Of a DNA stretch of 64,000 nt, positions 51,818 through 64,000 are shown in pieces. How positions within the stretch are numbered: position 1 is the stretch's first letter; the number at the start of each line of letters is the position of its first letter. A program made the position numbers and the translations under genes. This stretch comes from Octopus sinensis. Taxonomy: Eukaryota. The DNA is taken from NCBI RefSeq assembly GCF_006345805.1, contig NC_043006.1, positions 29,264,001 to 29,328,000 on the forward strand, written 5' to 3'. The notes beneath the pieces are model-generated. The model worked only from the letters and a program-made list of their open reading frames with translations. It searched no databases and had not been told where the DNA came from.

Positions 51818-52233
51818 GGATCTTTTTGGTTTGAACAGCAGTTTTTAAAAATAATTTCCATGTAACTAAACACTTTTAAACTTCATATACTGGTAGAATG
51901 TGTTTATAAAACATCTTTTTCTCTTCACTTTATTGAGAAAATTCTAGTTTGTAAGATATTTGTTGCTTTTTTTTTTTCAATTTCTGCAATTTCAACCAAT
52001 CAATGACCGTCTATTGGGGTGAAAACATTCTGTGCCATATGAAAATGTCCCTCGTTTAAGAAACAGATTGGGTTTATTTACATTTCTGAAGAAAAAAAAA
52101 TACCCTTCCTCCACCCCCAATCCTAACCCTAAAATAGATTGAAATGCAATAGATCGATACTAGGGTCATAATTATGTGTGACAATTTCATATGACACCGC
52201 TAGAAAAAACTGCCATTCAAACCAAAAAGATCC
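51818..52233. mobile_element. MITE (Merlin-like family) inserted in the TIR of another copy
   Basis: Flanks AACTGCCA / AACTGCCG; the host TIR resumes at 52234-52259. Confidence 0.85.
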
Positions 52234-53469
52234 AACTGCCGTTCAAACCGAAAAGATCCGAAATCACTTGTTAAGGATTGTTGCTGCTAAATATGGAAAC
52301 TTGATATGCTGTGGCCTTTTATGAATACTAATCTAAGGATTTCGAGTGCTGAGTACTGCGACATACTCAAAATTTTCCCACAATTCCATTCCCTATCACA
52401 AAAACCTTTTAGTGCAGAGTTGTATATTTTTCTGTTGATCCATTTTTATTTCGATTTATTTTATGACGGGCACTGTTGCCTGGGATTTTTTATAAGTATT
52501 TATTCATGAAAATACTGATGAATAATGCTGCTTTTTCCCCCCTTGTTTTACAGGAACTCACATGAGTTGTTGTTCCTATAGTCCAGAATTAGGATTATAT
52601 TGGTCTCGATTTGGCAACTTATTTTAGTTTTAGGAGGAAGAAAGAGTGAATGAGTGAGAGAATTTCTAAGAGCTGTTGAAATATCACTGATGATTCGTCT
52701 GAATGCTCGTTGGGGGTTCAACAGAAACCATATAGGTTTGCATGGAATGTAACCATTATATCTACACTATTAACAAGTTTAGATTCAATCTGAATGCTTC
52801 TGCAAGCTTCTTTTCATTGTTTTATGGATTTGCACTCGGAATTTACTTGTGTCACTCTTAAAACTCTTCGCTTTCTTCGATTTTATTTTGTTCAACCCAA
52901 ATAACTCACCAAATTTCCATTGTTATTTTGCCCCAGCTTAGTTATAGTACAGGTGTAAATACAAGACATTTCTTACAGAATATTCCTTCTTTCCTAATCT
53001 CTCTTTCCCTCTCTTTCTTCCATCAACCAATGCGAACTATCTACATGTACGTACATACAAATATACATACAAACATACCTGTAAATATTGGGGCACTGTG
53101 ATATGTAACGCACTGCCTAAATACCAATCTTGAGAAATTAGGCTTCTCAAAATCAAAAAGGAGAAAGCTAATTCGAAGGCCACAGATCCAATCCATCACT
53201 GGAAGTGTAAAAATCTGTAAAACTTTCCCAAAGTTTATCATTTAAATATATGTGAGCATGTCTAGATATGTAGCTATATGCATAAGAATACATAAAGTAA
53301 AACATACAAATTTGCACATATACATACATACATAAAAAAATACCCTGTTGCTGATGTTTAAATTCCAATGAAGGAGCCTTGGATCTAGGTTAGCAACCAG
53401 CTCTTTCTCTATTGGCAAGAAATCTTGAAATAAAACTGAACAATCACATATATACATACATATATATAT

Positions 53470-55830
53470 ACATGCCAGACAGAAAAATATGGCAGTCAGA
53501 ACTCTCCTCTTTCAACAATACAGTATCCCACAATGCATTTGCAGTACCAGTGCTGATTTCAACATTCAGAATACTTGACTGGTCTGTAGAAGAAATCCAC
53601 TCCATAGACGTTAAAACCCACCTTAGAAATAGTTATATCGACAGGCTCTACCTAAAAAGAGATAAAGGCGCTACAGGCTTGAGATCAGCAGAGACAGCTT
53701 TCCAATGCCGCACAGTCTCTCTCGGATATTACTTGGTACACAATAACAGCAAAAGTAAATATATTAATTGTTGTTGAAAAGTGAAGCAAACAATGTCTTA
53801 CGTCGGCAGCGACCTCTCTAAAAGCACTCTCTTCCTGATGATTTCCTATAAAGAAGGGACAACTGGCACCAACGACTTCAGTGATTTAAGTGAGGAAGAT
53901 GAGAAGATTTTAGATGAGTTGCAGGAAGTAATGAGTAAAGAAATAAGAAAAAGATTGCCAGCACCAAAAGACATCAACAGAAGGAAACTGCTAGAAATGA
54001 CCAGGAAAGTAGATTCTGTTATCAGGACAGATACTAAAAGTATAGAAGACACTAACTTATTCATTTATGTAGGGGGTGCGGGGTGGGGTAGTAGGGAAAG
54101 ATTAAAAATGGGAAAATGTGGAAAATGAGACTACTAAATAAAGTGAAGACTTTAAGGCAAGATCTGAATAGAATAGAAGCTTAGAAAACAAACCAGTTTG
54201 GAAACACAAGATTCAAATCTTTCCTTGAGAAAAGATATTTAGTCAAAGAGAAAGGATTTGGGACAGTAATAGAAGAGTTGAAACTGTGTATCTTAGCAGT
54301 AGCAAGCAAGCTCTCCAGATATCAGAAAAGAATAGATCAGTATCAACAGAACGGATTATTTGAGACAGACCAGCTAGAAAGAAAAATCTAACAATGGTAT
54401 GGATAGATTATAGAAAAGCCTATGGTAGGATCCCACACTCATGGGTAAGTGAATGTTTGAGTATAGCTGTAGCATGAAGAAATGGGAAGTAGATCTATAC
54501 TCAGGTGACACACTCTTAGGGAAAGTTAATATCAAAAGAGGAATTTTCCAAGGGGACTCATTGTCCCCTTTAATATTTGTTCCTCCCACCCCCCCAAATT
54601 AAGTATTAAGGAAAGCAAAGGCAGGGTATCAGTTTGGAAATAGTAAGGGAAAAATTAACCATTTGCTCTACATGGATGACCTGAAGCTTTTTAGTAAGAA
54701 TGAAAAAGAGATAGATTCCTTTATACAGACAGTAAGATTCTTCAGCAAAGATATAGGCATAGAATTTGGCATAGATAAGTGTGCAATATTAGTCATGAGA
54801 AGGGGAGAGGTAGTCAACAGCAAAGACATCCAATTATCAGATGACCAGACATTAAAATCATTGAAAGAAGGAGAGAGTTATAAATATCTAGGAGCATTAG
54901 AAGCTGACAGGCTCTACATATGAAAAGTTAAAATTTTTTATGATTTGGAAAAAGGAAATGATGAGGTAAATCATTGATAGAAAGGTTTATGTGAAAAATG
55001 AGAAATAGCTTGAAAGTCTTGTACATACTATCTGCATTTTCTCAAATGATGTAGGTATGGAATTTGAAATAGAAAAGTGTGCAATATTGAAAATGAAACA
55101 TGGAAGATTTGAAAGAAGTCAAGGAGAGTCAGAAAATTATTGCATTCAAAGTTGAATTCCAAAAATTCTATTAAAGCAATAAATTCAAGAGCAGTACCCT
55201 TAATCAGATATGGAATTGAAATAATAGACTGGATCAGAAACGATATTGTTGACGATGAATGGAGCCTACCATCCGAAAGCTGATATCAATTAGTTGTACT
55301 TGAGGAGAGATTAGGGTAAAGAGGTTTAATAGCAGTAGAAGTATGTGTACAGATAGAAAGAAAAAGTCTAGTAGAGTATTTACAGAGCAGCACAAGAATC
55401 TACTAAAGACAGTTAATAAAGAACAGGTGATGAAGCGTGTAATAGGAGAAAAGGACAAGAATGAAATACAAAGAAATCAAAATACAAGAATGAAATACAG
55501 ACAGATCGAAGAAAAATCTCTGCATGTCCAATTTTGGAGAGTCATTGAAGACGTATGTGGAACATAATCCTGGGATTGATTAAAAAAGGGGCAATTAAAA
55601 AACAGAAAGCCTAATTGTAGCAGCCCCAAATCAAGAGATAAAAAATCAGCAAATTGAGTAAAAATATATATGGAGTGAATGTATCAGAAAAATGTAGAGT
55701 CTGTGGAACTTGGAACGAGACAGTGGCACACATTGTGACAGAATGCCCCCAGTTGGTACTGGAAGAATATAAGAAATGGAGGCATGACCAGGTGGTAAAA
55801 GTTTTACACAAGGAACTTTGCCAGAAATAG
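53470..55830 (+). mobile_element. fragmented R4/Dong-like non-LTR retrotransposon(s)
   Basis: DRLYLKRDKGATGL; RGIFQGDSLSPL; HLLYMDDLKLF; YKYLG; CRVCG...ETVAHIVTECP...RHDQV. Confidence 0.88.
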
Positions 55831-57204
55831 AATGAAATAGGGATTTTTATTTCTTTATTGCCCGCAGGGAGCTAAACAGAGGGGACAAACAAGGACAGAC
55901 AAAGGGATTAAGTTGATTACATTGACCCAAGTATGCAACTGGTACTTAATTTATCGACCCCGAAAGGATGAAAAGCAAAGTCGACCTTGGTGGGATTTGA
56001 ACTCAGAACATAACGGCAGGGGATTTGAAGCTGGAAACACATGGTGCAATCATTGAGTCAAAAGAGTACTGGGGAACTTTTGGGGGATTCCAGAACATCT
56101 CTTTCTTGTGTGCTCTTATTATTTATTGCTCTTGCACATTTGCTACAAACAAATTCTTCATTCTCTGTAACCTTCCTCTGATCCAGCGCACCTCTTCCTT
56201 ATCCATAGTCTGTGCTGCTTACACCATGTACAATTTCTAAACCTGCCATCTTGTCTACACATAGAAAAGGACCATTTCCTCATCACTCTTCATCAGTCAT
56301 ACTATTCTCACTCAGTTCCACTTACCTCCACATCCATCTTTTCTGTTCCTCATATTCACCTTGTACACTGATCCCATTTTCTCTTTCTCACTGTCACTCT
56401 TTCATTCTTTCTTTCTGTCTGTCTGTCTGTCCAGAGGGGCAAGTCAGACTATTCACCTCCTCAGGAAGTCACCAGCTCCCATCCCCTCTATCCTAGTTTC
56501 TTATCACTCAATTCTATATGCATTTCATGGATCTTATCTTGCGGGTATTTTTGACCTCACTAAAGTGGGTGCAACCCTGTAAATTGGTTGGCATTATGAA
56601 GGGCTTCAGCTGTATAAACTATGTCAAAGCAGACAATGGAACTTGTCGCAGCACTCTGGCGCCTCTCTTCATACCAAACCACCCAACCCATGCCAGCTTG
56701 GAAAAAGGAACGTTAAATAAAAATGATGATGATGATAATGAGGAGGAGGAAGAGGAGAATTCATACGAACATGACTACTTCATTGACAGTGTTTAAATTG
56801 CAAAGAAAGAGCGATGTAGGGCAGTGAGCTGACAGAATCATTTGAACGCCAGACAAAATACATATTTATGTGCTGAGTTCAAATACCTCCAAAGTTCACT
56901 TTGCCTGTCATCTTTTCAGGGTTGATAAAATAAGTACCAGTCACGCACTGGGGTCGATCTAATCGATTTAACCCTTCCCCCGAAATTGCTGGCCTTGTGC
57001 CAAAATTTGAAACCAATGAGTCATATTTCTAGGCTAGAAACCGACTCCAGTGGGTGAGGGGGTTAAAACATGAAACATCAAACATACACACACATATATA
57101 CGGATATATATGTATGCATGTACACACATAGGATGGTGCAAAAGTAGGCTAACACGTGTATATTATATACAATGTAAGACTAATTTTGCATCACCCTGTA
57201 TGTG

Positions 57205-57206
<2 letters not shown>

Positions 57207-57288
<82 letters not shown>
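57207..57288. repeat. (TA)n(TG)n compound microsatellite
   Basis: Direct reading; CA-rich compound repeats also at ~57720-57857. Confidence 0.95.
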
Positions 57289-57292
<4 letters not shown>

Positions 57293-57778
57293 CATACATT
57301 GAAAGAGAAAGAGAAATTAATATACTTCAAATATTTGCTTAGTCAATACGTTCACACTCCAAACTACGGTGTGTATTTGAACTGGTTTGTGACAATTCAA
57401 ACATTCAAGTCCTGGCTAGTTGCATGCACAAACAAAATCAACTGGCAATCAAGCAATACGCATGAATAAAACAATTACACAAGTTTTTTTTTTTTTCTTG
57501 GGACTGTTTTAATGCTTTTCCTTAAATTATAGATGTGCTATACATACATACATAAACACATACATACATATACACACATATATGATTATATATATATTAA
57601 CATATATACAAACACACATACACACATATATAATGTAAAGAGAGAGATAGAGAGGCGACAGGGAGAAAGAGAGAGAAAGCTAGAGAAGGAGTGGAGAGGA
57701 AGATAAACATAAATGCACGTGCACACACATACACCTATTCACGCACACACATACACCTATGCACGCACACACAAACAC

Positions 57779-57810
<32 letters not shown>

Positions 57811-58154
57811 TGCACGCACACACAAACACCACACACACATGCACACACACACACACAAATATATAGCTAGCTGCAGGATTTGCTCAAAACCATTTCAAAA
57901 TCTTTACCAGCCTGACACCATCATTGAGATTTCTGATTTCTTCTATGTAAGTTGGATATTTTCTCAAACTTTCATTATGTCTACAGGTGTAGATTATGTG
58001 TGCATCTACATATGAATGTATACATGCATGTATGGGTGTGTGTGTGCTTGTGTAAAACATGTTCAAATGCAGGAAATATTTATATATGTAGAATATGTTT
58101 ACACGCTTAGAAATGTAGAATGTGTATATATGTTTGTATAATAATAATAATATG

Positions 58155-58735
58155 TGCCTGGCGTGCCCTTATCAGATGGGTAATCATGATGGGTATACTG
58201 GCCTTTGTATATTTTACCCCAGTGTCACTTTGATAGCATGCACTGCTCTCTCGCTCAATAATGATAGTATAAAAGACAGGCTACAGCAAATTTTCTGCTC
58301 AATACCACAGATTTTGCTTGTCAGTTGAGCTTAACCAGTTGAGCATGTCACTTATTGGCTGACGATATGTGCATCTCTGATCACTAGCAGAAGTAGTGAG
58401 GGAGCATCATAGCCATGTGTTAAGAGGAATTCTTTGGGGTTTGGATAATTCACCTTTGGAAACATTGGTGTTTCATTCAACATTCTTAAACAACCCTATT
58501 CAGAGACCTTTTGAGTGGGATGGGCTACTCAACCTGGAGAAAATTCTAACTGGGTCCCATCTGCAAGGTGATGCTCTGAATATCTTGATAGGAGATCACA
58601 ATGTCGCTCACATATGGTTGTGATGTGTGTGCCTGGTATACCCTTATCAGACAGGTAGTCATGATGGGTATACTGGGCTTTGTATATTTTACCCCAGTGT
58701 CACTTTGATGGCATGACTCCTCTCTCACTCAATAA
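58155..58735 (+). repeat. direct repeat of a ~110-bp segment (58155-58262 and 58628-58735)
   Basis: CCCTTATCAGA...CATGATGGGTATACTGG...TTTTACCCCAGTGTCACTTTGAT occurs twice. Confidence 0.85.
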
Positions 58736-59908
58736 TAACTAGAAAAGCACTTGGAGAGAGCAGACCTCTGCCAAGCAGCTCATTTCAACCCATATACACG
58801 CATGCTGAAAATTGCTCAATTTCCCAAAACAACGCCAGCAAAAACATAACCTCCTCCCATACTAATCTCAACCATCGTAATCATCAACACTGTCTCTGAT
58901 TTCACCACACTCACTGTCAAAACTATGATCACTACAATCAGTTTCTTTACACAGTTGAAAATCCATTCTCCAATACTCATGGAGCTGAGATTGTTGCAGA
59001 TTTTTGATTTTTCTAATTTCAGAGTGCTTTATTAAAAACAAAAAAAATTGCATCTACAAAACAGAACAGTTTGAGGATAGAAACCAGGTCTAAATACAAT
59101 AGCTTATAGACATACTCTGAGTGTAGTTCTATATAAACCTTAAATAATTTTTTTTATACTTAAGACCATCAGAAATGTTAAGATATCAGCCTCTACCCAT
59201 GTTGTCATGCTTTGATTAAAATGTTACGGCATAGATTAGATTACTTAGATAAGTTTTGACCGAAGTTGACACAGGCCATGTCTTATTTAATAGCACCACC
59301 TGGAAGTGATACACAGTCAACTCTGGGGAACCATAGCCCATTCAAGCAGACGAATTTTAAAGATGGGCAATGTTGATGGAATATTTTCCACATCATACAG
59401 ATGATATAGAGCTCACAGCGGTGGTGGAGGGAGCAAAGCCTGAGCTTTTTGAGTCGATCCCAACAGTCAAGGCTTGTTATGTCATCCTCTGCAGACCTCT
59501 GCCAAGCAGCTCATTTTAAGATAGCTACACGAGTAAAATTACTAATAGAGAAACGAAAATAAACTTTGGAAACAGCATCGCTACCATAGGTTACGTGGAA
59601 ATGATGAACGTGTTTTCAAGTGAGATAATCAAGAACGTAACATTGTAATACTTCATGTGAAGTAAATATAACAAATGAAAAATCCTTCAAGAATCCATAA
59701 AAATTCCCAGATCACTACCGAAATTTCATCATCTCTTCCTGGTGTCATTACCAACTTTTCCTGCAAGTTTCATCAAATACTGTTCACAGCTTTTTGAGTT
59801 ATTTTGCACACAAACGGACAAACCAACACTGATAAAAACATAACCTCCTTCCTTGGTGGAGGTAATAGTAGTAGTAGTAGTAGTAGTAATAATAATAATA
59901 ATAATAAT

Positions 59909-60412
59909 ATGAAGTAACAGAGAACTGGTATCAGCAACTACCAAGTAAAGTTATGCAGGAGGATGGTAAAGTAACGATACTCTGGGACTATGATTTCCAT
60001 ACAGATTGTATAATTGAACACCATTGGCCGGATATTGTGATATTGAGTAAAAGAGACAAATACTGTCAGATCATTGATGTAGGCATACCAAATGACATGA
60101 ATGTTTTGAGTAAAGAGATTGAAAAATATCACCAAGTACTCTGAATTGAAAGTGGAAATGGCAAGACTGTATGGAATGCGAGAGGGTAATGTAAAAGTGA
60201 TACCAGTGGTAATCGGAGCGCTGGGCTCAATTGCATTGACACTTCAAGACTTTTTAGGACAACTGGAAATCCCATGCAAGACTGATGTCTTGCAAAAAGC
60301 AGCCTTATTGGGCACAGCACACATCTTAAGGAAAGTATTATCTGTCTGAGGTCCTTGTGACTTGACAGATGACTAAAGACTGGTGCATTTTTAGCTACAC
60401 TGTATTATGAAG
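59909..60412 (+). mobile_element. 5'-truncated R4/Dong-like LINE (REL endonuclease end) flanked by (TAA)n
   Basis: ILWDYDFHTD...PDIVI...IIDVGIP...KITKYSEL...PVVIGALG...LQKAALLGTAHILRKVL. Confidence 0.88.
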
Positions 60413-60428
60413 GAATAATAATAATAAT

Positions 60429-62270
60429 ATAGCCCTAATGCCCCTTACAAATGAACTTAACAGAACAGGGTATGGATATAAAATTGATGACAAGAAAATA
60501 AGTCATCTATTTTATATGGATGACTTAAAACTCCATGGCCTTGATGATAATAAGCTTGAAGGACAACTACATACTGTGAAAGCATTCACTGATGACACTG
60601 AGATGAAATTTGGTCTTGATAAATGTGCCAAGGCCACTTTCCAGAAAGGGAAACTGAAGACCTCAAATTCAGTGGAGTTGGATGTTGACACAGTCATAAA
60701 AGAACTCGAGCAGGAACAAACTTACAAATACTTCGGAATAGATGAGGGCTCTGGCATTCAACATGCAAGTATGAAAGAGAAGATCAGGAAGGAGTGTTAC
60801 AGGAGAGTTCAAGCAGTCCTAAAATCAGAGTTAAATGCACGTAACAAGGTGTTAGCTATAAATTTCTTAGCAGTTCCTGTTGTTATTTACAGTTTCAATG
60901 TGTTGAACTGGAATATGAATGAAATAAGGAAGATTGACAGGAAAACCCGTAAGCTGCTGACTTACGATGAGATGCACCACCCAAAGGTAGACGCAGATCG
61001 TCTTTACCTACCCAGAGCTGAAGGAGGTCGAGGCTTGATCCAATTTGAAATCTCCTACAAAACCACCACAAATGAACTGGCAAAATAACTTGAAACATCT
61101 AACGACTGGATGCTAAAGCTCATTGAAAACCATGAAAGACTTAAGAAGCTACATTCTGTTATGAAGGAGAGCAAAAAATATTTTCAAGTGAGTTTATGCA
61201 TAATACCCAGGTTGAAGAACATGAGAGAAGTGCAGCAACTGCAGTTGCAAAGAAGGTTAAATCAATAGCAAAGCTAAATGCGCTTGAACAATTGGCTGAT
61301 AGGTGGGAACAAAAACCCCTGCATGGCAAATATGTGGCCCGTAGCAAACAAGTTGATGTAGACCAGAAGCCTGCCCATTAGTGGCTATGGAGCTCAGGGC
61401 TTAAGGAAGATAGTGAAAACTTTATTTTGGCTGCCCAAGATCAGAGCTTATTGACCCGGAACTATCAAGTCAATGTGATGAAAAATAGTGTAGACCCAAA
61501 GTGCTAATACTGCAATGATGGGATAGAAACAGTGGACCACCTAATCTCTGGATGTAAGGTTTAAGCACCTGTAGAGCACAAATCAAGACATGACAGAGTT
61601 GGCCAATATCTACATTGGATAATGTGTCAGCATTATAAAATCAAAACTGCTGACAAATGGTACAAGCAGCTGTAACTGAGGTAGAAAATGTAACTGTTCT
61701 TTGGGACTTCCCAGTATGTATAGATCAGACAATCAAGGCAAATAAACCAGATATTGTTCTGAAAGACAAAAGCAATGAAGTCTGTTTATTGATTTGACAT
61801 GAGCATACCCTGTGACCATAATATCTCAGCAAAAGAATTTGATAAGCTCAGAAAATATAAAGATCTGCTAATCAAAAAGATGAGGCATCTCAAAACGGTT
61901 ACAATACTAGTGATTCTAGCACTTGGAAAGATAAAAAAAAGAACTGAAAATTATTTAAGAATGATCCCTACCTTACCATCCATGCTGGAAGTGCAAAAGA
62001 TTGTCTTAACTGGTAACTGGTCACACGGATTGAAAAGAGCATTGTCTCAGTAAATTCTCTTTCCTTTTCCCCACTTTATTTTATTTGTTTACCTTTCTAT
62101 TTTCTCCTTTTTCTCTATCACATGGCTCTGTAAATGAACAATGTGATGTGTTTGTTTTAATGGTCTACCAATATATACAGTACATTTCTCTGCCCTAGGT
62201 GTCAAGAAGACACTTGGCAAGAAATGGAAACAATTGAAAGATGATGCTAATGAAAATGATGATGATGATA
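60429..62270 (+). mobile_element. 5'-truncated R4/Dong-like LINE (RT to REL endonuclease)
   Basis: HLFYMDDLKL, YKYFG, DRLYLPRAEGGRGL, LHGKY, ETVDHLISGC, KPDIVL, DKLRKYKDL; (GAT)n(AAT)n(AAG)n tail. Confidence 0.9.
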
Positions 62271-63708
62271 ATAATAATAATAATAAGAAGAAGAAGAAGG
62301 CTGGTTCAAGAAATAACCTATACATTATTATGTTTTTCTTTACTTTTTGTTTAATTATTACTTTTAAAGTTTAAGTATGTTTGGTGTGTAGTTAAAAACC
62401 TACTGTTAGGAAGAAGAAATTATCTGAATATAATTTTGGATGGTACTACACGAATTTAGAACACTGCTCTCTAGTTTTGCAAAGGAAGATGTAATAAATC
62501 AAAAAGAAAATCCTAATGAAAAAAAGAATCGATTTTGGTCAGGTGAATGTTTAAAGTAGGCTGGACAGTTTGGTGCACCTTAACTGTGGAAGAATACGTG
62601 ACTGTCAGTCAGTTCTGGGAGTCAATGTGTGACATGAAGCAGTCTGCTGCCAGGAGCCGATGACAGGTGGTCGATGTCAGGCAGTTCATGTAGAACAGTT
62701 GACACAGTAGTTGGTGCCGAGGTACAGTTGATAAATTGGTTCAATGTGATGGTGGATGTCAGTCGGTTAATGTGAACAGTGACGTCTTTGCTGCGAGGAG
62801 GACAATTTTGAACTGGCTGCGAAAATGGTCGGTGTGAAGTTGGCAACGTAAAGAATGTGGAGTGGGAAGTTGGTCACCAGACTAACGTGAATCGTAAGTA
62901 ACAGAGCCCAGTCGAAAAAGATAGAAAATAAATCATTTGACCGGTGAATAAAAGAAGAGCTCATCAAAAGAAGTTTATTCTACACATTTTAGAAGTAATA
63001 ACGGAAATGATGTTTCCTGGGGTTAAACAACAGTAACAATCGTCCTCTCCAGAACAACCACATTATGCTGGCAAAGAGTTTTTATTTTAAACAACTGTTA
63101 CTGAATATCTCTCATCGAGAGAGTTAGAAATAACAATGCTTCTATTTTATTAGATCAGTGCTGTGTGTCACTTTGAAAACTACATATTTTCAAATGGTGA
63201 ATTCAGCAACGCCACCTAGCCAAGCAACTACTCTGTGTTGATAAAGAGCAATAACTCAGAAACCAGTCCTCAGATGTTGTTTTGTGCTTGATGGGAGTGC
63301 TGGACTTCCTGTTCAAAAACTTAAGGACACAGATATTGTGTCGTCTAGCCAGCTGGAAATGTTTCTTGGGGATAAACAACAGGACAGCCACATTATGTTG
63401 GCAAATTATCTTTACCATACATTTTTATTCACCTCTTAAATTGAAGTTCTTTTATTTTGTTTGTTATTGTGAATTCTTCTGATTGCTATAACTACTACTT
63501 CTTCTCTAAGCAAGTTGGCTTGCCGTACTGGTCTGCAGTTTTCTTTGCTGCTGACTAAACTGTTGGAACCCCGTTGGCAATATCAGGAGGGTGCAGTGTG
63601 CAACAATACTATATTTGAGTACATGAAAGTACTATTATAATGATACACAAATATATATATCAGTGTCATCCTGTTATTATTCCATCCCCAGAATTCACTA
63701 CAATATTC

Positions 63709-64000
63709 TCTCTCTCTCCTATTTATATTATGTTCTTCTCGAACCCCGAAGTTTCTAGATGTTCAGTAATTTCTGTTGCAGAAAATTCCCTACGTATTAA
63801 CTTAAAACCTGTTGTTCCTTCGTCGTTATTCCTTTCCCCAAACATACCCTAAATTCCCTACGAAATTTTTTCTCTCTCTCTTATTTATATTACGTTCTTC
63901 TCGAACCCCGAAGTTCCTAGATGTTCAGTAATTTCTGTCGCAGAAAATTCCCTACGTATTAACTTAAAACCTGTTGTTCCTTCGTCGTTATTCCTTTCCC
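63709..64000. repeat. ~162-bp tandem repeat running off the window end
   Basis: ATTTATATTA at 63721 and 63883; the copies are nearly identical. Confidence 0.9.

Noticed and set aside
58860-59030. Minus-strand acidic ORF with an acceptor-like site
   Set aside because: No canonical donor, homolog or neighbouring exons.
62620-62970. Minus-strand ORFs
   Set aside because: More likely a decayed LINE endonuclease remnant; evidence is too weak to list as a feature.
63250-63440. VWA-like FVLDGS motif
   Set aside because: An isolated short match without the rest of the domain or splice sites.

Overview
AT-rich, intron- and repeat-rich animal genomic DNA. The SINE and retroelement families look like Octopus (coleoid cephalopod); this is pattern recognition, not a database match. 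Two host genes are supported. The first is a complete 13-exon PSMD11/Rpn6 proteasome lid subunit gene (+, CDS 1043-24778, 423 aa). The second is a convergent ankyrin-repeat + SOCS-box (ASB-like) gene with a single coding exon (-, 29776-31062). Most of the rest is transposon-derived: a degenerate Gypsy LTR element with an intact 5-bp TSD, a young 5'-truncated RTE LINE with a 14-bp TSD, R4/Dong-like LINE fragments in (TAA)n tracts, mariner/Tc1 fragments, piggyBac-, hAT- and Merlin-like MITEs, tRNA-derived SINEs and Penelope-like remnants. The most unusual signal is a hammerhead-ribozyme-like motif with a non-canonical (pseudoknotted) strand order at 34669-34731. It lies in a Penelope-like insertion that also forms a ~225-bp near-perfect inverted repeat. 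Also notable are a perfect CNC-sMaf ARE in PSMD11 intron 1 and an orphan promoter-like motif cluster at ~39.8-40.1 kb. All alignments were done by eye.
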